The notes under the pieces: generated by a model
The model's input: the letters and a program-made list of their open reading frames with translations, nothing else
Told to the model about the DNA's origin: nothing
Database searches by the model: none
Source: a virus
Length of the DNA stretch: 64,000 nucleotides
IMG/VR virus record: IMGVR_UViG_3300037468_000183
Coordinates: 1-64,000 of that record
Strand: one strand, 5' to 3'
Shown here: piece after piece, positions 39,189 through 48,814 of the stretch
How the letters are laid out: every line of letters begins with the position of its first letter
Position numbering within the stretch: position 1 is the stretch's first letter
Program-made: the position numbers and the translations under genes

Positions 39189-39984
39189 CGCGCTTGTCCT
39201 CCTTGTCCTTGATCCAATACTCCCAAACGTCTCCGCGCTTCCTGCGGGCCAGCTTGCCTTTCTTCTCCATCCTCGTCAGACAGTTGGACGCCAGCGAGCC
39301 GGGAAGATCGAGCACGGCGTTGACTTCGCGGAACGTCATGGGTGTCTTTGCCGCGGTCAGCAACGACAACACCTTTTCAATGTGCTTCTGCTTGCGGCCG
39401 ACCGGGTTGGCCGGCACAGGCGAAGGCACGGCGTTACCCGTTGCCAGCCAGGTAGTGCGCGCCTTGCAGCGTTCGGGGCGGGCGATGCCAATGGCGACGA
39501 TGCGACCCTGATTGCGCAGCAGGCGCCACGCGCCCAGCAGCAACGACTTCTCGCTGTCCACGCCAACGCAACACTCGAAGAACATCGCTGGACGATCCAG
39601 GAGGAGCAGGTTTGCCAACAGCACATCAGCAATCGCTGCAATCTCCACGCGCCTTTGCTCGGCCACGGCTTGCGCGTCTGCCTCGTCAACCGCTGCACGG
39701 CAGACAACCGCCTCCCGCGCGATGTTGGCGCGCTGGCATTCTGCGTAGTACGGACAGGCAGGCCGTTTGGTCTTTGGGTCGTCACACTGGCCCATGCCGA
39801 CGATGCCCGCCTTTGGGTCTGCATGTGACGGCAACGCTTCCCGCCTCACAGCGTCAATCTCGGCCAGGGACAACACCCAGGCATTCGCGAATCCGGGCGC
39901 GCCGCTTGGGATGCGACGCACCGCTGACAGGCCCAAACCGGCGTTGGGCAAAGTGTCAGAGACGAAGGTTCTGCGAGATAGCAT
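39175..39984 (-). CDS. Putative regulator with Cys cluster and C-terminal winged helix
   Basis: CPYYAEC; PMTFREVNAVLDL..LTRMEKKGKL. Confidence 0.6.
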   Translation of the reverse strand: MLSRRTFVSDTLPNAGLGLSAVRRIPSGAPGFANAWVLSLAEIDAVRREALPSHADPKAGIVGMGQCDDPKTKRPACPYYAECQRANIAREAVVCRAAVDEADAQAVAEQRRVEIAAIADVLLANLLLLDRPAMFFECCVGVDSEKSLLLGAWRLLRNQGRIVAIGIARPERCKARTTWLATGNAVPSPVPANPVGRKQKHIEKVLSLLTAAKTPMTFREVNAVLDLPGSLASNCLTRMEKKGKLARRKRGDVWEYWIKDKEDKRDANA

Positions 39985-40089
39985 AGTACTCCTTTCTGTG
40001 GTGAGTCGTCAGGCCGTCCGGCGACAAGAGCGTCTGTCTGCGCTACTGCAAACGCGGACAGACGCTTGCGGGGCGGCTTGGCGTGGTGG

Positions 40090-40296
40090 TTATGCGTGCT
40101 TCTGACGCAGCCACCACGTAAAATCAGCATACGTGAGCGGCTTGGGACATATTTCCGAGTCGTTCGGCCTGGCCTGATTATCTCCAGGCCACATCTCTCG
40201 GCGTACACCATATCCAAGCAGGCAACGCACGCCGATACTGTTTGTATATTCCAGCGCGCGGCAGTTTTTGCACGTCTGTTTCTTGCGTGCGGTCAT
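40090..40296 (-). CDS. Small Cys-rich protein
   Basis: TCKNCRAL..C..CPKP; GGAGG RBS. Confidence 0.55.
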   Translation of the reverse strand: MTARKKQTCKNCRALEYTNSIGVRCLLGYGVRREMWPGDNQARPNDSEICPKPLTYADFTWWLRQKHA

Positions 40297-40327
40297 GCGT
40301 CCTCCGCATTGCACCTGATAAGTGTGG

Positions 40328-40585
40328 CTATACGTGCCTCAGCCAATCGGCTTCTGCGCTCAGATATTCCGCATGGCGTTGCGCAACAATGTCACACTCG
40401 GCGTGATACGCGCCTTCCAGTGCTCGGATGGTCGCATATAACTCGGCGTCAAACGGCTTGCTGCTGTCGGCAAATGAGTCGAGCACCGCATAGAGCGTGG
40501 CGCGCGCTTCGAGCATCTTGCCCACGGCAGCATACTCCGCGTGTTGTGCGTCGAGTCGCACCAGGTCTCTGTCGCGTGTTATCAT
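40328..40585 (-). CDS. Hypothetical protein
   Basis: ATGA overlap, RBS. Confidence 0.55.
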   Translation of the reverse strand: MITRDRDLVRLDAQHAEYAAVGKMLEARATLYAVLDSFADSSKPFDAELYATIRALEGAYHAECDIVAQRHAEYLSAEADWLRHV

Positions 40586-40902
40586 ACGTCCTCCTCCGGG
40601 TCGGGCGCGTCGTCGGCGTCGAGCGTCGGGCAGGTCTCGCGCAGCACGGCGTAGCTGTCCGTCTGCACGTAGGGCGGATTGCTGACAATCGCCAGGATGC
40701 TGTCCGGCGTGTGGTAGATGTCTGACGGCGGCGGCTTGCCACCGGGATAGCGCGCTTCGGCGGCCGCTTCGACAACCTTGAGATCATCTGACGGCATCTG
40801 GTTGCCCTTCGAAATATAGAGCCACCACAGCGCCCCTTCGACAAAGGCGCGCCGCAGATCGTCGGCTGGCAGCCGTCCCTCGATGTGATCGACCCAACTC
40901 AT
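40582..40902 (-). CDS. Hypothetical protein
   Basis: ATGA overlap; RRAFVEGALWW. Confidence 0.55.
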   Translation of the reverse strand: MSWVDHIEGRLPADDLRRAFVEGALWWLYISKGNQMPSDDLKVVEAAAEARYPGGKPPPSDIYHTPDSILAIVSNPPYVQTDSYAVLRETCPTLDADDAPDPEEDV

Positions 40903-41189
40903 GCGTCCTCCCTCGCTGCGTTCTCCGCAGCATTCGGCGCGAGCGCCGTCCGAATCACGTCACGCGCTTGCATCACGTTGACCGGCAGATATACGTGGTA
41001 TTGGCTGCTCTGCTCCAGCAATCGCTGCACGTGCTCTAGCGCCGTGCGCAGGCGCGCGTTCTCGGCTTGCGCCTCATTTCGGACCAGTCGATACTGCTTC
41101 GTCAGGACAAGCACGTATTGCAGGCGCTCGCCGGTCGATTGCAGATAGTCGCGCAGGCGGTCGTTCTCGGCTTGCAGATCGTCTGTCAT
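40899..41189 (-). CDS. Coiled-coil hypothetical protein
   Basis: AENDRLR/AENARLR repeats. Confidence 0.55.
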   Translation of the reverse strand: MTDDLQAENDRLRDYLQSTGERLQYVLVLTKQYRLVRNEAQAENARLRTALEHVQRLLEQSSQYHVYLPVNVMQARDVIRTALAPNAAENAAREDA

Positions 41190-43072
41190 GTGCGGGCCTC
41201 CGGTTTGCGAACAAACCATACATCCTCGTTCAGAATCGCCGCGTGCGGATTCTTCTCATTGGCGAGTCGGCGGAAAAAACTCACCTTGTCGCATTTGAGC
41301 GACTTGTCCTCACCGAGCAGCCCCAATTGCGCGCCGTGATCGGTCGTCTTCCAGGCCGTGACGTGGAGCAGCGGATCGAAGCCAACTGATTCACACAGCG
41401 CCAACCACTGCTCCCCGAAGGGGACGCGCTGCTTGTTGCGCACGAAGTCGCCAGTGATCCAGGCCGCCACTGCGCCAGGCTTGAGCACGGCGTAGGTCTG
41501 GGCGACGATCTCGCGCGCGGCAGTCCAGAACGTGTCTGCCCGCAATGCGCCGACTTGCCCATCTGTGTCGCCGTAATTCGACTGAAACATAGCAGCGCAT
41601 CCAATGTTGGTAGGTGAAACGAATACATCCGGGCGCTTTGTCGTAAACTCACCTTTGGCGTATCGTTCGGCCTTACGTTGGCGGGCCGAATCATCATTGA
41701 TCCCTGTATTGACGCTCGCCTCATACGGCGGACTGCTCACCGTCGCATCGAAGCCGTTGCCCGCTGGCATGGCGCCGAGTTGGCCGGGGGTGGCGCCGTA
41801 GCGTGCGCCCAGGGCCTTGCGCTGCTCCCAGCCGGCCGTCCCGCGAACGAAGTTGCCGTCAGCGTCGCGCAGTCCGCTCGCGCCTTCGTCTCCGCCTGGC
41901 CCGCCGTCGATGCGCGTCTCGGAGTAGGGTGGACTCGAAACACACGCCGAATACCCCTGCATCGTCAACGCCTGCGAGTGCTGGCCGGGCTTGTTGCCGG
42001 TGAGCTTGTCCGTGTCGATGCCGTTGCCGCCGTGCACGGTGTTGGCGCTGTAGGGGGGCGAACCAACTGCCGCCGAGTAGTCGCCGGGTGGCATCTGCTC
42101 CAGTTGCCCCGGTGTTGCGCCATAGCCAGGACGACGCGCTGTGCCTTCGGCGGCCCGGCGCGCGTCTTCAGCGGCATCCAAGCGCACGCTCTGTCCATCG
42201 TGACCAGTCGTGCCCGCATACGGCGGACTCGCAATCGCGCCATCGTAGCGCAGCGCCGCGTCGAAGTCGCCGGGTGGCAGCGCGCCCAGTTGGCCGGGCG
42301 AGGTGCCGTAGGACGCCACTTGCATTGTTCTTCCGGGGCGCGCTTCGGCATTGAATGCTGCATCTGTGCTTTGTAAGCTCCCCTGAAACGGCGGCGACGA
42401 CACGACCGCATCCGCTTCCGCCACGATCTCCGCCAGCCGGCGCGAGTCGCCTTGCAGCACGCGCGCCGTGCCATAGCCGGGGAAGTGCGGCGCGTAGCGG
42501 GCGCGCCATGTCTCCAGGTTGCCGGGCTGATATTCGGCGCAAGGCACGGCGCGCTTGGCTTCCAACTGGCGCAGATGTGCCTGAGCTACAGTCAATTCGC
42601 TGGCGTAGTTCTCGCGCTCAGCATCCGTGATAGGGCGGGGTGGTTCCCAAGTGGCATCGGTTTCGTCATACCTGCCGGACGATTGGATGCCCGTTTTTAG
42701 GATGGCCTCCAGGTCGCGCACGTGTTGGCGCTGGCGGTCAAGCTCGGCTTGGTTCTTGGCGCACGCCGGGCACAGATGCAAAGTGTTGCAGGTGTAGCCG
42801 CGGCACAAGTCAACGAACTTCGGCTCCAATTCCATGCCCGTCCAGTGCAGGCCATACAACGCGGCGTGGAAGGCGCAGCCGCCGATGCCGCCGAACGGAT
42901 CAACAACTTTGTCACCAGGGGCCAGCCAACCTTCGGCCAGCATGTGGCGATAGATGCGCTCGGCCAGGCCGAAAGATATCTTTGCCGGATGCGCGTAGGC
43001 TTCAGCGGCCAACGGTGCGCTCTGCCACGAACCATCATAGCAGCCGAACCACTCAGTTTGCATTGGGGCCAT
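41186..43072 (-). CDS. Atypical amino-methyltransferase with five tandem SPP(Y/F) modules
   Basis: HPAK, DPFGGIG (motif I), MELE, QGDSR; SPPF/SPPY at aa 226, 282, 338, 380, 447; VLKPG. Confidence 0.85.
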   Translation of the reverse strand: MAPMQTEWFGCYDGSWQSAPLAAEAYAHPAKISFGLAERIYRHMLAEGWLAPGDKVVDPFGGIGGCAFHAALYGLHWTGMELEPKFVDLCRGYTCNTLHLCPACAKNQAELDRQRQHVRDLEAILKTGIQSSGRYDETDATWEPPRPITDAERENYASELTVAQAHLRQLEAKRAVPCAEYQPGNLETWRARYAPHFPGYGTARVLQGDSRRLAEIVAEADAVVSSPPFQGSLQSTDAAFNAEARPGRTMQVASYGTSPGQLGALPPGDFDAALRYDGAIASPPYAGTTGHDGQSVRLDAAEDARRAAEGTARRPGYGATPGQLEQMPPGDYSAAVGSPPYSANTVHGGNGIDTDKLTGNKPGQHSQALTMQGYSACVSSPPYSETRIDGGPGGDEGASGLRDADGNFVRGTAGWEQRKALGARYGATPGQLGAMPAGNGFDATVSSPPYEASVNTGINDDSARQRKAERYAKGEFTTKRPDVFVSPTNIGCAAMFQSNYGDTDGQVGALRADTFWTAAREIVAQTYAVLKPGAVAAWITGDFVRNKQRVPFGEQWLALCESVGFDPLLHVTAWKTTDHGAQLGLLGEDKSLKCDKVSFFRRLANEKNPHAAILNEDVWFVRKPEART

Positions 43073-43087
43073 GATCTTCCTCTCTCG

Positions 43088-43441
43088 TCAAGACTCTGAT
43101 AGATACGTCTCAATCTCAGCGGCGGCGTCCAGCCATTGCCAACACACCGCCACGCGATACCCCTGCACTCGCAGGGCGTCGATCCACCATTGCTGCGCCG
43201 CGCTGATGCGACCGCCTTTGGCCTTCATCTCGATGAACAGGCCATGATAGCCGTGACGGGCGCAAGGCAAAAACAAATCCGGCACTCCAGATTTTTCGCC
43301 TTCGGCCTTGAGTCGGGTCGCCGTGGCAATGTGTCGCCAGCCGCCGTTGGGTGTGTGGTGCAGCAGCGCCAACTCCGGCAGGCGCTGCTCGTTGTACGCC
43401 GTCCACTCGAATAGAGCGATCTGCTCTGAGGATTCGCTCAC
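43088..43441 (-). CDS. VRR-NUC domain nuclease
   Basis: ESSEQ, HTPNGG, GVPDL, IEMK, AQQWW. Confidence 0.9.
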   Translation of the reverse strand: MSESSEQIALFEWTAYNEQRLPELALLHHTPNGGWRHIATATRLKAEGEKSGVPDLFLPCARHGYHGLFIEMKAKGGRISAAQQWWIDALRVQGYRVAVCWQWLDAAAEIETYLSES

Positions 43442-43662
43442 TCTGAAGGTTCAGTTGCGGAGATGTCACCAGCAATGAGCGGCAATTGCCGCTCATTGCT
43501 GGTGACAATCAACTCCACCTCGTCCTTGTTGCTTGACAACCACGACAACCTGCCGCGCTGATCAAGCACATTCTGTGTCAGCGTCATCTCAAACGTGATG
43601 GTCGCGTTTCCCGTCACCATGTCGATGCGGGCGGATTTGATGATTGACTTTGGAAATATCAT
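43438..43662 (-). CDS. Hypothetical protein
   Basis: AAGGAG RBS. Confidence 0.6.
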   Translation of the reverse strand: MIFPKSIIKSARIDMVTGNATITFEMTLTQNVLDQRGRLSWLSSNKDEVELIVTSNERQLPLIAGDISATEPSE

Positions 43663-43818
43663 GTTGGCTCCTTGTTGCTCACGTTTTTGTCGTCTTCCAG
43701 AATCTACGCTTGCCGCACAGCCAGGTCATGTGCCTGCCGCTGTGGGCCGCGCTCCGCTCACAGATGCGAAATTTTCCCGCGACGGTTGTCGGAGATCCGC
43801 ACTTGCGCATACGTCCTC

Positions 43819-43932
43819 CTATCGTTTCCCAGATATCTTCTCTCGAATCCACACGAGAATGGTCGCGACAGTCACTATCACCAGAAACATGATGACGACA
43901 TAGCCGAGCATCCGGCCGTCATAGTAGCTCAT
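43819..43932 (-). CDS. Small membrane peptide
   Basis: ATGA overlap, one TM segment. Confidence 0.45.
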   Translation of the reverse strand: MSYYDGRMLGYVVIMFLVIVTVATILVWIREKISGKR

Positions 43933-44240
43933 GCCAGCACCTCGATGATGCGCGCCAGGGGCACGGTTTCGAATTGCATATGTCTCGCTATGGCCCACGA
44001 GCTTTGCATATGGCAGGTGGTGCGATTGACCTTGAGTATCACACCCTCCCATTCGTGGCGCGCCCATCCACCGATCTTGCCTTCGGCGCGCCGCATGTCC
44101 CAGAAGCGCACGCGCTGCCCGACCTGATACGCGCCTTCGTGCTCGCTCACTTTGCCTCCTGTGTTGCAAAAGTCGCAACCGTAAAGGTGATTGCCGCCAC
44201 CGCAGCCGTGCGGGCCGGGGTAGTGGCGGCAGATGTTCAT
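43929..44240 (-). CDS. Hypothetical protein, SH3-like C-terminal half
   Basis: YQVGQRVRF..GVILKVN. Confidence 0.5.
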   Translation of the reverse strand: MNICRHYPGPHGCGGGNHLYGCDFCNTGGKVSEHEGAYQVGQRVRFWDMRRAEGKIGGWARHEWEGVILKVNRTTCHMQSSWAIARHMQFETVPLARIIEVLA

Positions 44241-45007
44241 ACGCCACAGATGCCGCTGCACTCGTCATTCCACAGCGACAGTTGCCCGCGCTCCTCGGCA
44301 TTCGAGAAGTCCACCAGCGCCAACGGTTGCTGCGATGGATGCAGAAACAAGTCATAAGGCGGGCGCACCTTGCGAATGGCATCGTCAACCTCGACGGCCT
44401 TGTGCCAGTCGCCGTTACCGGACGCCTTCATGTCGTGCCAGGCGCGGGTATCGTGAAACGGACAGAACACACAAGCGGACTTGGGGGGCGTCGGTAGATT
44501 GTGGCGCGCCAACCAAGCGGCGCAATCGTTGCGTGTCATGCGCTTTTCGATCAGCGGCCAGCGGTGGGTGATGTACTTCACGTCGCTGTCTCGCATACGC
44601 TGCACCTCATCAAGGCTGATGCCGATCCATTGCTCGACTGGGCGGCCTTCCCGGTTGGCTTGCAGCCAGCGGCGGATGGGTGCGATCTTCCAGCATTGGG
44701 TACATTGTCGGCGGAGTTGTCCGCCTCTATCGGTTGGCGTTGCCGTGAATGACGGGATGAAGATTTCCCCCCCCACCCGGTCGGTTACGATCCGGGGCGA
44801 CTTGTCTTGCACCGTCACCACCCGCACGCCATGTTCTTCCAGCCACGGCGTCCACTGCCGCGCGAACGCATACGTCCCGCTCATCTCGTGCGTCGTGTCG
44901 GCGTGGATCGCGACATCCGGCATTTCGATCTCGCCCAGGGCCGCCATTGCCGCCAACGTGAAGGACTGCCAGCCCCAACCGAGCGAGAGTGTCACAAGTG
45001 GTTTCAT
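44237..45007 (-). CDS. PAPS-reductase-like adenine nucleotide alpha hydrolase family protein
   Basis: SLGWGWQS PP-loop variant, ADT, RQCT..WKI, IGISLDE, SACVFCPFH, ECSGICGV. Confidence 0.8.
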   Translation of the reverse strand: MKPLVTLSLGWGWQSFTLAAMAALGEIEMPDVAIHADTTHEMSGTYAFARQWTPWLEEHGVRVVTVQDKSPRIVTDRVGGEIFIPSFTATPTDRGGQLRRQCTQCWKIAPIRRWLQANREGRPVEQWIGISLDEVQRMRDSDVKYITHRWPLIEKRMTRNDCAAWLARHNLPTPPKSACVFCPFHDTRAWHDMKASGNGDWHKAVEVDDAIRKVRPPYDLFLHPSQQPLALVDFSNAEERGQLSLWNDECSGICGV

Positions 45008-45016
45008 GTCATCTCC

Positions 45017-45130
45017 CTACCACGGCAAGCGCCGCGGTGCCAGCGGGTAGCTCGGAAACTCCCGCTCGAACATGATGCCGGCCAGGATGCCGGCGACGAA
45101 GGCGATAGCCGCGAGCAGCAAGAGTTTCAT
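45017..45130 (-). CDS. Small membrane peptide
   Basis: MKLLLLAAIAFVAGILAG. Confidence 0.45.
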   Translation of the reverse strand: MKLLLLAAIAFVAGILAGIMFEREFPSYPLAPRRLPW

Positions 45131-45420
45131 GGTTGCACCGCGATTTCTAGCGCCGCGCGTAGGCCGATGATCTCCGAGCGCAAGCGCTCGACCTCGGCCT
45201 GTGCCAATGCGCCTATCTGACACATGCGCACAAGGCCAGCATCTCCCCATGTTTCGACAACACCACCGCGTGTATACGCAAAACCTGCATCGATCATCAA
45301 GGCGCGCAGACTCTTGACCTCTGCGCGCAGGCGCTCGACTTCGGTCGCGAGTTCCTGCACTCCCTCGTCCGTCACGGTTGCGCCACCACGTATGATGGCT
45401 TCCAGTTCTTCGTTTGTCAT
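45127..45420 (-). CDS. Hypothetical coiled-coil protein
   Basis: Two EVERLR repeats, strong RBS. Confidence 0.55.
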   Translation of the reverse strand: MTNEELEAIIRGGATVTDEGVQELATEVERLRAEVKSLRALMIDAGFAYTRGGVVETWGDAGLVRMCQIGALAQAEVERLRSEIIGLRAALEIAVQP

Positions 45421-45424
45421 GGTG

Positions 45425-46456
45425 TTATTCCTCCTTCGTTGAGTCGTAAACATCGCCAAGCCGGAAGAACTCCGGCTGCATCACCTGATCGAAACCGCCT
45501 GTGCCGCCCATCGTGTTTTTGTCAATCTGCACGTGGACGGTTGGCGAATAGTTGCCATCTGCCATGCGTTCGCGGCGCAGCAGAATTACGACATTCGCCT
45601 TATTCGACTTGCTGGCGCTGCCACTCATGGCGTTACGATCCATCGTGCGCGCCGTTTCGTCCTTACCGGCCTTGCTCATCTGTGCCACCATCACGACAGG
45701 CAACTCAACGGCCTCGGCCAGTACCTTGAGTTGCTCGACGTTATCAGCCTCGCGCTCCCAGGTATTCGAGCCGTACATCTGCAATTGGCGCTTACTCGGT
45801 TGCGCCTTCTCCAGATAGTCGATAACCGCCACGTCACAGGCGCCCGCTGCGTGCAACTTGCGCAACTCGGCAACCGTGCGCTCCATCGTCCAGCCAGGTG
45901 TATGCAGATAGGTGATATCACCTTCCCAGGCGAGCAGGCGGGGCCGTACTTCGGCAACCATGCTCCGCTGAGCAGGCGACATAATTCCGCTCTTGAGCGT
46001 GCGCACTGGAATCGACGTATGCCGTGCCGTGCGTCGATCCAACATCAATGTCCAGTTGAGCTCGTAGTGCACGAAGACCACCTTGTGGCGGCGGCGCGCC
46101 CAATGCTCGGCTAGGCACTCAACGACAATCGTCTTGCCTTGTCCGTCCGGCGCAGTGATCGATACCAGCATACCGGCTTCGAGCGGATCAATGAAGGAGT
46201 TCCAGGAAGCCCAGGGCCAGTCAATCAAGCGGCGCTCGTTGAGCGGCAAAGCGGCTTGCGCGTCGCGCTTGGCGAGCAAGGCATCGTAGTAGTCAAATGA
46301 TGCTGGCCAAGTCAACGCAGCATTGTCATCACCACCGCCGAAACGTGCCAGGGTCGCGCTCAGCCAGGCGTGCAGGTCGGTGGCGGTTTCGTCGGCCAGA
46401 CAGCGGCGCAAGAGTTCCTTGCCCACTGCCTCGTATTGTGCGACATCGGGATCCAT
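45425..46456 (-). CDS. DnaB-like SF4 replicative helicase
   Basis: APDGQGKT, HYEL, VIDYL, VAQMS, IDKN. Confidence 0.85.
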   Translation of the reverse strand: MDPDVAQYEAVGKELLRRCLADETATDLHAWLSATLARFGGGDDNAALTWPASFDYYDALLAKRDAQAALPLNERRLIDWPWASWNSFIDPLEAGMLVSITAPDGQGKTIVVECLAEHWARRRHKVVFVHYELNWTLMLDRRTARHTSIPVRTLKSGIMSPAQRSMVAEVRPRLLAWEGDITYLHTPGWTMERTVAELRKLHAAGACDVAVIDYLEKAQPSKRQLQMYGSNTWEREADNVEQLKVLAEAVELPVVMVAQMSKAGKDETARTMDRNAMSGSASKSNKANVVILLRRERMADGNYSPTVHVQIDKNTMGGTGGFDQVMQPEFFRLGDVYDSTKEE

Positions 46457-46468
46457 CTTAGCTTGCTC

Positions 46469-47221
46469 CTACCATGTTGCATCCTCCGCCGTGCGTGGCG
46501 TCCGGCGTGCTTCGGCCTTTGTGTCCGCCCAGAAGTATATCCACTCTGCACCATCCGTAGACGGCATCCGTGTGATGACATGCTCGTTGGTCGGTGGACT
46601 GTGACCGTTGCCACTTGCCAGCATTACGGATTCAGCGCAGCGTGCCACATAGTTGACCACGTTCTGCTTGCCCTCGGCTTTGGCGGCCTTCCAGCCCGCT
46701 TGCCACGCCACGAGACCCACTCTGCCTATCGTTTCGAGATGGGCGTCAAGGTGGGGCTTCGTCATCATCAGGTTATCTGCTTCATAGGCGGCGCGCACGG
46801 TGGCGGCGTATGATTCGGATTGGATTGGATTCGGATTGGATTGGATTACGGGTGCATCTGATTTCGGATGATTTCCATTGATATCAGATGATATCATAGG
46901 CGGGTACTTGCTGCGCTTTGCCCGTATCTGCTGATGGTTCTCCCACGTGACGACTTGCAGATACGGCTTGTCAGCTACCATGTAGAGCCGAATCAGGTTT
47001 ACATCGGCCAGCACTCGCAAGGCACTGGCAACCCAACCCTCGGTGACAGTCGCAAGTTTGAGCGGAAAGCACTTCGCCCGGATGATCGCGGGGCGGGCGT
47101 CCATGCGCCCGTAGTCATCGCACTGTACGAGCAGGCGATACCAGAACACTTCTTGCTCAGGAGTCAGTTTGTCGAGATTGTCACTTGTGCAGATGCTATC
47201 CTTCAGGATGCGATTGGGCAT
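46469..47221 (-). CDS. Phage replication initiator (replisome organiser type)
   Basis: MPNRILKDSI..RLLVQCDDYGR..WENHQQIR. Confidence 0.82.
   Translation of the reverse strand: MPNRILKDSICTSDNLDKLTPEQEVFWYRLLVQCDDYGRMDARPAIIRAKCFPLKLATVTEGWVASALRVLADVNLIRLYMVADKPYLQVVTWENHQQIRAKRSKYPPMISSDINGNHPKSDAPVIQSNPNPIQSESYAATVRAAYEADNLMMTKPHLDAHLETIGRVGLVAWQAGWKAAKAEGKQNVVNYVARCAESVMLASGNGHSPPTNEHVITRMPSTDGAEWIYFWADTKAEARRTPRTAEDATW
46812..46897. repeat. Putative replication origin: GGATT-type tandem repeats and GATATC palindromes inside the initiator gene
   Basis: gattcggattggattggattcggattggattggatt; tgatatcagatgatatca; AT-richer. Confidence 0.55.
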
Positions 47222-47222
47222 G

Positions 47223-48098
47223 TTATACCACCTTCTGCCAGCCGAAGCGCTTGGCAATGCCGAACACTGTCGCCACGGTCACGGCTCCGGTGGGGTTGCC
47301 CGTCTCGTGGAAGCTGCGCCACTTGCGCTCGACTTCGCCAGGCGCGCCATCGGCCCACGTTTCGGCCAGCGGTAAGCCGGCGTCGCCAAAGTTTGCTTGG
47401 AGTCCCATGAGCACCTGCACCCATTCGTCGTAGTCGATGCCCCAGGGCGGGATGCGCTTGAGTGCGTCATAGACTTCGGTCTGCGTGGCGGGAGCGGCGA
47501 AATCCTTGTGCTCGACAACGCGTTTCTCACGGCGGCCTGTGTCGCTCCATTGCTGGATCAGATGCTTGACCGTTTCCAGCGTCAGGACGTTTTCGAGATA
47601 GGCAATCTCGCAACCGGTCGCGCCGTAGAAGAAGCGCACCGGGTCTTTGCATTGCCGGTCGGCCGTGCCGAACAGCCACAAGAGCGCCTGCACGGCTTGA
47701 CTGTAGTTCTTGGCCTGCATGATCGGCGTGTCGAGGAGGAAGACAGCGCGTGCTCGTGGCGCTTCGGGTGTGTGGCTGGTCGTGGTGTAGAGCAGACTGG
47801 CGTATTTGGCGATGAACTTATCGGCGCTGAGCGTCGCCAATGTGCTGCGACTGTCTTCGGTATCGAAGTCGAGTCCGATGTGTTGGCCGCAAACGTAATT
47901 CTCAGATGTGCGCCAGCCCTTTGCGTGCCAAGTCGTGAAAGCGTGCCCGGTGTAGATCGAGTCAGCTAAATCCATGCGGCTGACTTCTCGATTGACGAAA
48001 CCGGCGTTGAACGTGCTCCAGAACGTATCACCAGCCGGAATCTTGTGCGTCAGCTGGTGCCTGGATACGGCCACGCGGAATGAAGCGTCATTGCTCAT
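47223..48098 (-). CDS. AEP-type primase with PriCT-2 domain
   Basis: IGLDFD, YTTTSHT..PRAR, DYDEWVQVLMGL..KWRSF. Confidence 0.8.
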   Translation of the reverse strand: MSNDASFRVAVSRHQLTHKIPAGDTFWSTFNAGFVNREVSRMDLADSIYTGHAFTTWHAKGWRTSENYVCGQHIGLDFDTEDSRSTLATLSADKFIAKYASLLYTTTSHTPEAPRARAVFLLDTPIMQAKNYSQAVQALLWLFGTADRQCKDPVRFFYGATGCEIAYLENVLTLETVKHLIQQWSDTGRREKRVVEHKDFAAPATQTEVYDALKRIPPWGIDYDEWVQVLMGLQANFGDAGLPLAETWADGAPGEVERKWRSFHETGNPTGAVTVATVFGIAKRFGWQKVV

Positions 48099-48522
48099 GC
48101 TGCACCTTCCTACTGTTGCCGCGCCCCGGCATCCAGGGCGTTACCAGATCGTGCCACAGGTCGTGATGGTATTTGCAGAGCAGCGCGCCGAATTGCTCCC
48201 AGGCGGCCCACTGTGGCGCGACTTCGGGGTGGTCGTTGAATACTTGCGGCATCCAGTGGTGATTTGCTGCGCCATCCTTCCCGCCGCATATCACGCATGA
48301 TTGCCGATAGTCGTCTTGGATTGGCACATCGTCAAGCGTTTTGCCGACTGCGGCGGCCAGCGCGGTCGCTACCAGATGGCTGATGTAGCGCATTGGTTTC
48401 TCGGCCCATCCATCACAGGCGATGCAACGCCAGGCATACATCACTACGCCATCGGCACTGATGATGCGGCGGACATAGACGCGCTGCGTCTTGCCACACT
48501 GACGGCAGGCGGGCTTTGCCAT
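48088..48522 (-). CDS. Zn-finger/HNH-like protein
   Basis: CRQC, CIAC, CVIC..HH..LCKYHH. Confidence 0.6.
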   Translation of the reverse strand: MAKPACRQCGKTQRVYVRRIISADGVVMYAWRCIACDGWAEKPMRYISHLVATALAAAVGKTLDDVPIQDDYRQSCVICGGKDGAANHHWMPQVFNDHPEVAPQWAAWEQFGALLCKYHHDLWHDLVTPWMPGRGNSRKVQHEQ

Positions 48523-48523
48523 A

Positions 48524-48727
48524 TCATGCCTCGGTATCTTGCAAGATTCTCGCAGATAGTCTGTCGTTCTGCGCCTTGAAGCGTTCGATCTCCGCGCGGT
48601 CAACGCGGTAACCTTTCGGCAGGGGTATCAGCCGGATCATGCCGGCCTTGCCCCAGCGCGTGAGCGTGCGGGTATGCACACGAAGGATGGCGGCGGCTTC
48701 CTGTAGGGTGAGTAGTTCGTTTATCAT
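48524..48727 (-). CDS. Excisionase-like (HTH_17/MerR-type) DNA-binding protein
   Basis: LLTLQEAAAILRVHTRTLTRW..YRV. Confidence 0.85.
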   Translation of the reverse strand: MINELLTLQEAAAILRVHTRTLTRWGKAGMIRLIPLPKGYRVDRAEIERFKAQNDRLSARILQDTEA

Positions 48728-48734
48728 GTCCATC

Positions 48735-48762
48735 ATTATACATCATCGGCTAGAAAAGTCAA
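48735..48762 (-). promoter_or_regulatory. Promoter for the replication operon, probably leaderless
   Basis: TTGACT-16nt-TATAAT; ATG follows after 7 nt, no RBS. Confidence 0.62.
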
Positions 48763-48814
48763 TTCGTCGCAACGGTCAAGCGGGCCGCAGCGCACGCCAC
48801 GGCCCGGTCTGTGC

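Noticed and set aside
42520-42810. Intein in the multi-SPPY MTase
   Set aside because: The insert lacks C-terminal HN/HQ splicing motifs and looks like a Zn-binding/coiled-coil insertion
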